NCBI GenBank assembly: GCA_048772705.1
Contig: JBLWGC010000208.1
Coordinates: 1-64,000 of the forward strand
From: Leidyana gryllorum EB-2025a
Lineage: Eukaryota; Protista; Apicomplexa
Reading direction: 5' to 3'
DNA: 64,000 nt
The notes below the pieces were generated by a model. It did not search any database, had not been told where the DNA came from, and saw only the letters and a program-made list of their open reading frames with translations. Positions 9,296-21,938 of this stretch are shown here, one piece after another. How positions within the stretch are numbered: position 1 is the stretch's first letter; each line of letters opens with the position of its first letter. Made by a program: the position numbers and the translations under genes.

Positions 9296-12223
9296 ATGCT
9301 GCAGCCCCATTCTTATATCACTCTCAAGGACCACATCATAGCCTGCCTTTGGATATCAGCCAGTCCGGAAGCAGCCGAGCTTCGCAGGAATGGCTTCTCC
9401 ACTTCGGTCACTCAAGAGAATGAACTGAAGAGGATAATGGTTCGTGGTCCTACTACTACATTGGAGTGAGTATTATTCTCCAGCCGGGTAACAAGCGCAG
9501 CTTCCAGAAGAAGTTTTCTTTGAGTGCCATCGTGGCACAAATCTCATTGCCAGGTCCAACGAAAGTAGTGAAACGTACAGCCAATCAACAATGGTGTTGT
9601 TCAGCATTCTCGAACAGTTCTTCGGTTCCGGAAGCTCTCGCTCCGCTCCGGGAGAAATTCCGATCTGCTCAACGAGACCCCATCCTCTCAGCTCTGCTGG
9701 ACATACCAGTCCTCTCCTGGACGCATGATGTCTTTGGCGATGGTTTGCTCATCAACTTATTTGCACGATGTGATATACACTTCCAGACGTCACTTCTGAG
9801 AAGCTCGAATGTGTGGTTCTCCTTGAGGTCACAACAATCCTTGATCGTGAGCGAAGGTCAGCCATCGACCTTGAAGCCCGTTGCGACTGATCACCCGATA
9901 CCCCCAAATACTTTGACGATGGCCAGCGGGCGCCGTGGACGACGAGGTCGCCGAAAGCGCATCTATAAGGAGCTTTCGTTGAGTCCGGAAGCTGAGCTGC
10001 GCCGCTATCTGGTATGGCCAGCCTCTCTGCCCGAAAGTGAAGTCCTCCTCGATGTGAGGTGGTGTATCCGGGAGCGCCAGTCTTTTCCAGCTTCTTGGGG
10101 TTGGCCCGCTAGGCACTACCTCAGCCTGCTTCTGCGGAGGCCGGTGCTACGCGTTTGTGTCGCTAATGGCTCCATGCTCGTACCGAGCGATGTATTCGCC
10201 GCACGATGGGTATTATGGGCGAATAACAGCGAGTTTCGGGTCGAGGGCCCTGACTCGCTGACAACTTTGGGAAACAGTAATTGGGGGACTAAGTACCTCA
10301 GCCTCAAACACTTCGCTGAACTGCGACATCAAATATCTTGCCGTTGCGCGTGGGACTTCCTGACATTCGTTCAAGAGATATTGAGGGATATACTGAGATC
10401 GTTGAGGAATTTGAAACAAAGAGAACTCCTGCAACGGTGGGCTCCGTGTAGACGCCGATCACTGGAGTTGGCGCCGCATTGCTATCGTGTACCCCGGTGG
10501 AACATTACCAGGCTCTTCAGAGCGTTGATTGGGTGAGTGAGTCTGGAATGCACGGTGCCCCTAGGCTCGTGGTAGCCTTGTCGTCCCTCTCCCCAGGCCC
10601 TATGTGCAAAAGCTGCAGCAGCTGGCCACAAAATTGTTGACTGGACGGATCTGCGGGCAAGTCACTGTGCATGACTGCTTGCACAACGTGGGACTGGCAG
10701 CCATCCGTCAGAAATTGGTGAGAGATTCCTCACTCATAGGTGTGGGAAATATGCTGGCCAAATTCTTTTGGGTACGGATTTGCAAGTTTGTACTGCAGAG
10801 CATTGTCTTCGTCTTGATACGGTACGTGGTGGCCACAAGTAGACTCTTTAATGTGGACAGAAAGTGGTTCCATGTGAGTGTTTTGGCAAATCGTTTCTGC
10901 TTCTTCCGTCGAGTGACGTGGTCGTACCTGACACATGAACATCTGCCCTTGATGCCTTTCACGAAGCTGCTACTGAAGGGAAGCGGATTACGCCCAATCG
11001 TAAACTATCGGCGGGTAAACAGATGCTTCCTGATCGGTCATGCCTCTTAGCCTTTGTCAGACTTCCCCATTGTGGCTGGTTGTTTCAGTGAAAGATTGCA
11101 ACGTGCTGGAATTGTGACAACTTCCTCACCGGTACGCGATTTGTATCGCATTGTAGCCTCTTTACTTCGTGCTCACCTCCCGAGACCCACCGATGCGGTG
11201 CGGGATATCGGCCAAGTTCACAGAAAGCTGCTGCAATTCGTCCGGCAATACAACAAGTATTGTTGTCGGACTGGATGTATGACGAAGCAGCTTCTCTGTG
11301 TGGCAAAATTTGACCTCAGGTCGTGTTTCAACGCGATCGATACAACCGATTTGGAGGGTCGGCTTCTGAAGGACTTGGCGTCTCACCAGTACTTTGCGCT
11401 GTACCCCTTGAAGATTGTTTTGGACCGTTTCAGAACATCTTGCACGTTGTGGGTGCCGAACGCTGATGCCGTGGAGATCAGACAGCGGGTTCGTAGAATC
11501 CAACGTAAGCTGGGGTGGCGTCTGAAGTCTGATGACACCATTTTGGTGGAGAAAGACTCCAAGAAGCCAGTGTTGGTACTACCCAAAGGGGAACTGTTTG
11601 AAATCCTATCCAAAGCATTCCAGATGGCTGGAAAGGAAGGCGGGTTGCCGCAAGGCTTACCCATCTCGTCGCTGTTGTGCGACTACTACCACGCGCGTGG
11701 CGACTGTCGAGTGAGAGCAATTACGGACAAGGCAGCACCTTCGCTGGTCATGCGTTGGACGGATGACGTACTAGTTCTGTGCCCTTCATTAAATTCGACG
11801 CAACTGGTAGTCTCAAGAGCAATGGAGATGTATCAGTCCCACTTGGCAGAAGAGAAGACGGCTATAGAACGGTACCCGCTGCAGGATGAGTGTCTCCTAT
11901 GGAAGCGACCCATTAGCTGGGCTGGTATGACGCTGTGCCCCCGGCTGGTGGGTAATACATTGCGTCTCGAACTTTCTGCGCAGAGAAACCATCTTCTTAC
12001 CTCCGGGGCATCGTTCAGTACTACAGCAGTCCGATTTCAAAAGCAGAAGTTACGGGCTAGACTGGTGGCATGTCACGCTTGGCGAAGCCGCCGCCTTTTT
12101 CTGGACGTGGAACTGAATAGTCTGCGCCACATACGCCTCAACTACAAACTGGCGAGGATGCCACTGCGGTTAATAGGAGCGTGTAAGCCAATCCTGCTCA
12201 GGAAACGACCAACCAAGAACTAG
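9296..12223 (+). CDS. TERT: Telomerase reverse transcriptase, divergent (~920 aa; predicted introns 9466-9500, 10533-10575, 10822-10860, 11015-11050)
   Basis: TEN/GQ-like (FGDGLLINLFARCDIHF...GQP), T-motif-like (LIRKWFHVS...CFFRRVTW after splicing), motifs 1/2 (LLKGSGLRPIVNY), A (KFDLRSCFNAID), B' (GLPQGLPISSLLCDYY), C (MRWTDDVLVL), D (EEKT), E (ISWAGMTL); the predicted introns keep frame. Confidence 0.9.
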
Positions 12224-12224
12224 T

Positions 12225-12784
12225 TCATGCACTGGGAACCTCTATCTCGCCAGCATCGATGGCTTTCTGGATCTCAGTGGGCTTCTTGCCGTTGACAGTA
12301 CAGCCGACGGCATTAGCAGTGCCCAACATCTCCTTCACTGTTCCCGCCAAGGTGCGAGAAATGATGCCTCTGTTAGCTGACCGCATTTCCCGAGCGATAT
12401 CGACGATAGTGTCGAAGCTGAGGTTGCCCGAATGCTTGATGTTTTTGACCTTCTTCCTGTCACGGGGGGGCTCCTTCAGGGCGCGAATAATGAGGGAAGT
12501 GGCCGTGGGGATGATTTCACAACTGATTTGACGGTTCTGGATCTTCAGCTGCACTGTGACCTTCACTCCTTTCCACGCTTGAGTGGTTTTGGCAATCTCA
12601 TCACCAGCCTTCTTGGGAGCCTGCACAACATTTAAGGATTATGGATCCAATGTGGACCGTCGTATGCACTTACGATACCAAGCGGACCCAACTTGGGTGC
12701 CAGAACGGCGGAGGAACCTGCCTCACCACCGACCTGACGGACGGTGACGTAGGAGATGGCGTTAGGGTCGAACTTGGGCGGCAT
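12225..12784 (-). CDS. RPL12: 60S ribosomal protein L12 (uL11); intron 12621-12673
   Basis: MPPKFDPN...GGE...LAPKLGPLG|[11 protein letters not shown]...[18 protein letters not shown]. Confidence 0.97.
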
Positions 12785-12870
12785 GATACTTCCTCTCCGT
12801 GTGCTGGCAAAGTTGCGCTCCTTGTATTTTTGTCTTTTTTGTAAGGCTGTTAGGTCTCTTCGCAGGCTCC

Positions 12871-15853
12871 ATGCTATCACGACTGTTCAACAAGGGCGAC
12901 GATGGAGGAAGCAAGGCTACCGTAGCGAAAGTGAGTGAAAGGGCATCTTCCCAATGACTATTTCGTGCCCAGATGGGGACACCCAACCGAATGTATTTCA
13001 ACAAGGAGTTGAAGAGGTGGGTTATACCTGGAACCGAGGAAGCTGCTCGGAAAGAAGCAGCCGAGGCTGACAGGCCTCCCCCTACGGACTCTGATCTGCC
13101 ACCACCGCCACCAGTGGGTGCCCCAGCGCCAAGCACAGGGGATCTGGCAAGTCGATATCCTGTGCCCTGTTACTCTTCATATATAAAATCGACTGGAGAT
13201 CACACGCGTTCCCTGTCATCCAATACAAGACCCGTTACCCCTTGTCCCGATCCTAAAGACCATCCTGGCGGTGGAGAGATTGGCGAGAGTCATACCCATA
13301 CAAAAAGAGATGTACAACAAGGCGTAGTTCCTCCATTGCAGCCTATCCCGCACCCAAAATGTGGGGAGGCCACAATTGATTCCAGTCGTACCAAGAGGAA
13401 CTACGGTACCGATCACGTCACTGTTGGAGATGACGTTGTCAATAATACAGCACGATTCCCCGCACATCCTCCACGACCCAGCAGTCGCCGAGGATCAATG
13501 GGTTCTGATATCGGAGGCCTTCCTCCAGTTGGCGATAACAGACGGATGGGAATGACTCGACCCCCTCTGCCTACGCGCAGGGGAGGGGGCCAGGGCGAGG
13601 GTATGCCGCCACTGCCTCCAGCACAACAACATATTCTGTCAAGCGGCGATGTGGCTTCGTATGTTGGAGGAGATGAAGTTCACCGTCGAGCCTCCACGGC
13701 CCAACGCAGGCAAAGCTCTTTCGATAGCCGAAATTTGAACACCATGCCGCCTCCAAGTGACACCGCGAGCGTCCGGATGTCAACGCGTAGAACCACCAGT
13801 GTTCAGCGTGAGCAGATGACTCTTCTCACACCAGACACTGACTATCCCACATTTGTAGGGCATGTTGGGGGATTGGATACAAGAGTTAATTCTGTTCATC
13901 TGGGATCTCCCCCGATGTCTCCTCAAGGGCGAGGTGCTGCAGCGGAGTACGGTATCGGTGGCTGGTTCGCGTACCGTAATCGTGTTGAGCATGTCAGGCA
14001 GACGTCGGGTCGTTGGACTCCAGACAGCACGACGAAGTTTCAGGCAACTGTAGATCAAGCTCCGACACCCAAAACCTCTGCAGCTTTCCGCATCACCGAC
14101 GGTTTGGAGCGGGAGCTTGCACACGTCTCGACTTTGGCAGACTATGAGTTGGTCGGCACATTGGAAAGCATGGCAGCAATCATCAGATGTGGAACGCGAG
14201 AAGCAGCAATGTTTCCGGCCTCCGTGGCCAGCAACCTGATAGCGTTGTTGAAAGAAGTCAAAGACAAGTATCCCAACAATATCAACCTAGTTGGCGCCGC
14301 GGACACGTTGCTGCACGTGCTCGAGGCTGGGGCTGACATTCCCCAAACATTGACGTTGAACGAGGAACTGATGTCCGCTCAGGTGGCTGCAGTACATCTG
14401 CAACCTCTAACAGAGCTTCGCGAATGCCTTGCCAGGTGCGTGCTTTCCTCACCTTCCTCCAGTAAAGACTTTGTCACCTTGTGCAGGTTGCAAATGGCTT
14501 GGGAAACTCTGGGGCATGCGGATCATGTGGCCAGTCTTGCGCCTGCGTTTGCCCTCGTTGAGAACAGTATCCGACAAAGCACAGAACGTGCCAATACAGC
14601 GTGAGTTGCTTCAGACAGTACGGCTGGGTATTTTCCATTCTGACAGGTTCAAGGATGTTGAACAATTACGATTAGACCTACGGCGGTGCCTCGACTGTTT
14701 CAAAGAAGCGTTGGAAGAATCGCAACGTGTGAATACCACGCTGGAGTCAAAATTAGCAGCGAATCAACTGGACGATCGGGTGGAGGGCGAGTTGGAGGCA
14801 GTCAAGCAACGCAACGAGGCGCTAATGGAAGAGAAGGCTTCACTCGAGCAGAAGTTGGCTGATCTGCGTTCTGAGAGTGAAGGCATCACGAACAGAGTTG
14901 AGAGTGTTTGGAAGCAGCGTATGCACGCTCAAGAGACAGAATTTAGATCCAGATGGGCTCGTCGACTGGACCTCGAACGGAACGAGATGGCTCGTCGGAA
15001 GAAAGTAGACGAGGAGCATCAGAAAGTCGTTGCTTCGCTGGAGGAACGCAATAGCGCTTTGACGAAGGAGTTGGAGGACTTGCGTTGCAGAGAAGTGCAG
15101 GTCCACGGTCATCGTCAACGAGAATACGACGAACAGTTGGTGGAAGCGAGGAGTCACATTCAGGATTTAGAGGAGCAAGTGAGCATTTTGGAGAACACAG
15201 TTGCGGATTTGCGAACCGATCTGGAGTGCGAACGCAGCACCGGCACTCAATTACAGCAAGAGCTGACGCAGACCAAGTCTTCGCTGGACGATGTCCAGAA
15301 GCGTTTGCAGCAGCAACTTGAGGAGGCCGCTGAGCATGCCAGGATATTGGCGGAGGCATCCGAATTGGCGGAGAATAGGCTGATGGAAGCAGAGAAACGA
15401 GCGGACAACCTCGAGGAGAAGGCCCTCGTTGCTCAGGAGGCGCTCTCACAGATGCAGAAGCAAACACAACAACTGCGAGAACAGACGGACGCGGAAGTTG
15501 CACGAACTCGAGAAGCTTTGAATACCGCGGAACATACCCTACGGTGCATGGAGCAGGAACTCAATCACGTACGTACTGAGTTCCAAGCCCGATCGAATCA
15601 GATGGCGGAGGCTACTTTGGGTGACAAGGAACAAGTCCGAAGCGTTTTGCAGGCACTTCGTGGTCGTGCGGATCTCATCGAGCAGACCGCTACTCAATTG
15701 TCCACTGGGATGGAGCGACTACATGGATTGGCATCCAGTCCGTGGCAGCTGTGCGAAGAAATGGAATGTGAGGATATACTCGGCCAAGCTATCCAAACTC
15801 TGTCCCAGTCACCTCTCCCGAGTGCTAATTCGCTGACTGCTGCAGCTTACTGA
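12871..15853 (+). CDS. Pro-rich / long coiled-coil protein with an N-terminal Sec16-like '[10 protein letters not shown]' motif; introns ~12931-12972, 14601-14647
   Basis: Two long ORFs joined by a GT-AG intron; E/Q/L heptad-rich C-terminal half. Confidence 0.7.
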
Positions 15854-16174
15854 ACTGGACTCACCGATAAGCGACGGTGGTGGTAAAGTCTTGTCAATAT
15901 ATTCGCCACACGTAGGACATGCTCTGCCCGCTGCCATATTTGATAGTTTCAGTGGCCCACCACTCGCAAGCTGGAGGGAGTGTGGGAGTCGTGCTCTGTA
16001 TTCTCTCTTTCTGCAACTGCTAGACAGGTTCACTCAATCATCCCCTCCATCACTCAGCCTACCAAGGACACAAACACACTCATTTTGGTTGAACTTGATG
16101 CTGAGGGTGAGTGTTCACTTGGGTTGTGAGACACATCCCTCCTTGGCATGTAAAAATCAATGCGCTAGCTCTCC

Positions 16175-17394
16175 TCAATCCTCCTCTCCCTCTCCCTCAC
16201 CGTCGCTAATTCCCTCAACCACTAAACCCATACCTTCGTCAACCTCAGACTCATCATCACTATCATCGCTATCTGACTCGGATTCACTCTCAGACTCCTC
16301 CCGTTCCTCAGCTGGGACTTCTTCAGCTCCGAATACGACAATCTGAACATGTGTGTGCGCATGTATGGTGGATGAAGCTTATCCCGATATCTTACCTCTC
16401 CTTGTTGAGCAAATTCACCCCCAGGAACCTCAGTAACGGTCTTTCTGATCACCTCTAAGGCTTCTTGCACTTTCCGCAAGCCTTCTGCGCGATCCAGGGC
16501 AGTGGCAATGACAGCGTACAATGGCGAAGCGACTAGATGAACTTTAAGGTCGAAATCCTTGGTCGGTTCGTAAAGCTGTTGAGCTGCCAGCAGGGCTTCC
16601 TTCACAGCCACAACTCCTTGACTTCCCGTGCAGCTCACGTGGATGCGAGCCCTGTAACAATTCAAGTGAAATGCAATCAGCAACAAATGGAGCGAAAATG
16701 CATCAGCAACGAATGGAATGAGACGCAGTCAGACAGGAAGCGGCATTACCTGATTCGGAGAGTCTGAGGAGTGAGTCTGGTTTTCATGTCCGTGATGAGC
16801 GCCTCCATAACCTCTGGGGGGCAATCAATCCCCTCGAATGCTTTTTGTGGATCTTCGACTGCTTCCTTGAGACCGTCATAAGCGTGGCCGTACTTTTTGT
16901 ACAACGGCCAAATGGCCACTCTATTGAGATCCATAATCTCCATTTTCAGTTGCTATCGAGCTGTACATCGTATGTGTGAGTGGTAATCCTTACGCTGGCG
17001 ACTTGACGAGCTGTCAAGTACACTTTCTTGGATTTGGAGAATCGCATTTCAGTTACAGCAATATCTTCAGGCGCTACACGCTTCTTGGAGAGATCCACAT
17101 AGCCCTTCTCCGTATCAACACGGACCACCATGACGACTTCTTGTCGACCAACCCGGATAAGTCTGCTTATCGACCGAAAACGTCTCTTGGACAATTCCGA
17201 TGGCAGAATCAATCCCTCCATATTGCCGTACTCTAGGAGGCGCACATATGCTCCCATGTTTTGCTCGAGACGAGCGACCTGGTGTGCGTGAAGATACATA
17301 CCTTAAATATAAACCTTAGACCCACCTTGACCATAACCAAGTCATATGGCTCTGGAAACTCCTTCTCGTAGAAACGGCAGGAATCGTAAGACAT
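16175..17394 (-). CDS. eIF2alpha: Eukaryotic translation initiation factor 2 alpha (multi-exon)
   Basis: [38 protein letters not shown] (Ser51 motif), [17 protein letters not shown], acidic tail. Confidence 0.95.
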
Positions 17395-17430
17395 TGGGAT
17401 TCCTTTTATGCATTTTTTTGGATGCCTTTG

Positions 17431-19246
17431 TCATTCGTGGAACAAAAAAGGGTCACGAAGCAACTCGGATGGTGTGGCGCGACTCCTAGGCTCCACCCGC
17501 AACATTCGAGAGACGAACCTGATGAAACTTGGAGGAGCATGCTCCAGCACTTCCTGTGATGTGCAAATTGTATGGCCATTCGGTCTGACGTACTGCGAGT
17601 GGCTCGATTTTCTTTACGGTCTGTACAGACTGGACAGATGACGCCCTCTCTGGCCAGGCAAGCCGATCCCTCCGGCTTGTTATCAGATCTCGAGCCCTGC
17701 TCCCAGCTGCCCTGAGCATGTGACGAGGGACGGGCTCAATCATTTTTTCCTGCACCGCCAAAGGGATATATGGGAACCCATAGGTTTTTGTTATTACGAT
17801 CATTGCCAAATGCTCCAGGTGGCTATGGGTGCGAAAAAGAAGCTGTCCGGTGTATAGCTCCGCCAGCAAACATCCCAGGCTCCAAATATCCGACGACTCA
17901 TCCCACCCCAAATCTGAAAGCGATCTGACAGCCATAAGAAGACATACTCACCCAGCATGACCTCAGGAGCTCTGTATTGACGCGTGTTGATCAGAGAGTT
18001 ACGCTCGTCGTCGTTCCACGTCGCACTTCCAAAGTCCACCAGCTTCACGTGAGCATTCCGGGGTCGCGGTGGCCTCCGATCTAAGGTCACATGAGCATAA
18101 CGCTCGAAATATCATCCACCACGCGGTTTACCGACGTGAACACACACAGCACATCGTTCAGCACCTACCAGTTGGCGATCTTTCTGTCGGCGTACTGTCA
18201 ATAAACACCACATTCTCTGGCTGGGGTCGGAAATTCAGCAGAATCTTTTTGAGCTAGAACTCACTTTGATATCGGTGTGTGTTAAGCCGATTTTCTGCAA
18301 GAAAGCCAGGCACCGCAGCAAATCCCGACATATAGTCCGAATATCTTGCATCGCATAACCTTCGCACCGGTGAGCGGCAGTAAACTCAAACAAATCCAGC
18401 CCCAATCGCTCCATCACCAAACAAATTCTCTCCCCATACCGGAACCAACTGTGCAACAGTACACATCCAGAGTCTCCATGGGGGTCTAACTGCTTCAAGC
18501 GGCCGAGGATATCGGCTTCTATAAGTGCAGCTTCTGCATATACGCTTTCGGCCCGCACTGCCTTTATAGCCACGCGATGCCCGGTTTCGGGGTCCTCGCA
18601 TTCCAACACGCGACCGAAAGTACCCTCAGCCAATTGACCTATAACTCGGTATCCTCCCAGATTCATCCCTGGCCGCCTTTACCAAGTTAGACAGATGAGT
18701 AAATGATGTACGTTCATACCATTCGAGATGGGCGGAACGCCCTTTGGTGCTACGCTCATCCGAGTGTGACTGTGGTGCGGACTCCTGATATCTTCGATTA
18801 GAGTCGTGGCCTCGTGTTTGACCCCCATATGATCGGTAATTAGCAGAGTCGGCGTAGTTGCGAGCCGAATCCTGTTGATATTGACGGTTTGAATCATTGT
18901 AAGAACGGCCAAAATCGCGATAACGCTTATATGATGTTGCGTTACGTCGTCTATTAGAGTCGTGTGACCGTGTATCCACATCGTTCAGTCGGCGAGCTGC
19001 GGTAGACCGTGACCCGCCGTAATGTTGATGAGCGTGGTCATCTCGGGGTGGATAGGGATTGTGTGAGAAGGCAGAGCTTTTCCTGTGGGATGGGGACTCG
19101 TGATGGTAAGAGGATATATATTCGAACGTCCTGCGTCTTCGTCTAATGCGAAGCCACCAAGGACGATGTTCCTCAATGGTGCGTCTACGCTTATGATCGT
19201 ATATTTGATGCTCAACTTCATCTGGCACCCATCGTTTCCGGTTCAT
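17431..19246 (-). CDS. CLK/LAMMER-family protein kinase with R/S-rich N-terminus (multi-exon)
   Basis: EGTFGRVLEC, LTHTDIK, DFGSAT, TRQYRAPEV, FRTHSHLEHLAM. Confidence 0.92.
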
Positions 19247-19586
19247 GGAACTTTTCTACGTTGAAAATTTCAAGTTGAGCTGGATTGTAGGAGTTTGACG
19301 GCCTCTTTCGCAGCGAGCATGGTCCCCACAACAACTGTGATAATTATGTGTTGACAGCAAACAGAGTGTACTACTGACCAGCGAATTCCACGATCGGCTT
19401 CCACTGATTAGAGTTTTGTTCCTCTTCGTCTGAAGACATGGAAAGTATCACGAAGTGCTTGATGAATGTGGCTTTGGGGCAGGAAAAGGTGTCAGCTACC
19501 GACTAGACGTACCAAGATCGCGGAATAGCATAGTAAACGACTGACTAGCAAAAAACTCACGTACTAAAATCTTTTGACTTGGTCCC

Positions 19587-21897
19587 ATGCCTATCTTCGG
19601 AATTGATCTCGGTTCAGCCTCTTCCGTTATCGCCACTGTTGGCAAACGAGAGGTAACTATTGTGCGCAATGATTTGGCAGACCGCCTGACCCCGTAAGTT
19701 GTTGTTGTTAGAGTTGGCCCCTCTCTTCACAAGTCAATGCCTTCAGAACTTTGGTGTCATACACGGACAAGGAGCGGCTCATCGGCGATGCCGCCTTAAC
19801 TTCGATGAAGAGCAATATGACAAGAACGACAAGATACTTCAAAAACTTGTTGGGAGCGATAAATGACAAGTCATGCGACCCTGTGAGAGCCATCGAAGAG
19901 GGGTTCATGCTGGCCCCAATAGTCCCAACTGATGCCTCGGGCTTACTCGGCTATGATGTTGGTCGGTCGAACCCAGTTACCGCTACCGAAATCCTAGCCT
20001 GCTACCTCAAGAGATTGCGAAGCATTGGAGAAGCTTTCATCGGAACTAACTGTGGAGACGTTGTTGTGGCTGTGCCTTCGTGGTTCACAGATGTGAATCG
20101 TATGGCAGTTTTGGACGCGTGCGACATAGCGGGTCTCAAGTGCTATCGCGTCATGTCGCACACGGCAGCAACAGCTCTCAACTACGGACTGTTCCGATCG
20201 GCGACATTTCAGGCTGATAAGACTCAAGTTGTAGCTTTCGTTGACATTGGCGCCGCCGCCGCTTCTGTGACCATCGCAGAGTTCCAATCGGATAGACTGA
20301 GAATCGCCGCTGTTGAAGAGCGTACTGATCTGGGAGGCCGGTCTTTGGACCGCTTACTCATCATGCACCTGGCAGAGTTGTTCAAGTCAAAGACCAAAAG
20401 AGACGTCTTTGCCAACGCTCGTGCAGCCCTGAAGGTTGCCGAAGCTGCCGAGAAGGCCAAGAAAGTTCTGTCCGCCAACAAGGAGGCCAGTGTTCACATT
20501 GAATGTTTGATGGGCGACGAAGATCTGGAAGCTTTGATCACCCGCGAGACCTTCGAGGAACTCGCAGGTCCCTACAACAAATTGCTGAACGAATTGGTCT
20601 CCTCAGCCATCGCCAAGGCCAACTGCACCGCTGAAGACATCAAGTCTGTCGAGATCGTGGGAGGTGGCACGCGTGTCCCGTTCGTGCAAGCCACCATTGA
20701 GAGACTTTTTGGCCGTCCAGTCTCACGTACCGTCTCGGCTGATGAGTGTGTGGCTCGTGGAGCCGCAATCCAAGGAGCCATGTTGCATCCGTTCCATCGT
20801 GTCAAAGACTTCCAAGTTATCGATGTCCGCACCACCCCAGTGTACGTTACTTTGTCAGCAGAGACTGCGGGCAGTGCTTACGAGATGATCAAAGACGAAG
20901 CCAAGCCTATGACTTTCGCCAAGGACACTACCTTCGAGTTGTTTCCTATCGGCACACCCAGTTACTACCTCAAGTGGTTGCTGTTCCCGCCAAGTGTTGC
21001 CAGCTGCTCTCGTGTCACCTTTGATCTCTCCACAATGAACCATCATGGCAGCCTCATCCCACTGGGAACTGCCGAGGTGATTGTGCCTGACGCCATTCGC
21101 CAGCGAGCGGCTGCTGCCGAGGCAGGCAAAGCGCGTCTCAAAGTCTGCTTCAAATCGGATATCCACGGCATTGTCCAGGTGTGTGCCATCTTCGCTGAGG
21201 ATTACATGGAGAAAGAGACGATCGTGGTGTCAAAGGACGTCCCCAATGAGGCAGGTGAAATGGTCCGGACGCAGGTTGAAGAACAAGAGGATCGCTTGAA
21301 GACCAGGAAAACCGATTTGGAGGTGCGGATAGAGAGACCTTTGGGATGGCTGGGACCGAAGGAGCTGAACAACATGAAAGAGCGGGAAAGACAATTCGCC
21401 GCCGAGGACGATGCCGCCCAAAAAGCTCGCCACATTGCCAATGAAATCCTGTCCTGCTGCTTCTCAATCAGACAGGAGCTCACCGGGGCTTTGAGTGCTT
21501 TCGCTACATCGGAGGAAAAGAGTACTTTGGAACAGAAGAGCCGCGAATGGGAGATGTTCGTCGAAGAGAACCAGGGACTCGCCTACGAAGACTATCTGCC
21601 CACATGGGAAGACCTTAAGGTAGGTACCAACTAGTCTTTCCATCATAACTTGGCCGTGCACAGAAACACTACGACCCAATCCTCGGTCGCAAACAAGCGC
21701 ATGACGAGGAGCTGCGTCGCCAGGAAGAGGAGGCACGTCGTCTAGAGGAGGAAGAAACGCGTAAAGCAGAGGAAGCAGCACGAGCAGCCCAAGCAGCTGA
21801 GCAGGAAATGTCTCCCGAAAGTAGCAACAACAGCTCTCCAAACGTTGTGGTTGACGATACTATGGAAGAGGGTTCGCCTAACAGCCAGAATCAGTGA
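19587..21897 (+). CDS. Hsp110/Sse1-type Hsp70-family chaperone
   Basis: MPIFGIDLG...VRNDLADRLTP, TAATALNYG, VEIVGGGTRVPFVQ, SADECVARGAAIQGAML. Confidence 0.92.
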
Positions 21898-21938
21898 ACT
21901 CACAAACAGAAAAAACAGCCCTTTTGAATCTACCCATC

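Noticed and set aside
9466-12223. RT gene as the retrotransposon's own pol or a Penelope-like RT
   Set aside because: It has spliceosomal introns, TEN/T-like motifs, a long A-B' insertion and W.G motif E typical of TERT, and no protease, RNase H or GIY-YIG domain
12620-12629. CCTGCACAAC motif also present in RPL12
   Set aside because: Here it is the reverse complement of an intron 3' splice site (TTGTGCAG|G), so probably coincidence. Splicing does not explain the array junctions either, since they fall ~6-8 nt from the AG
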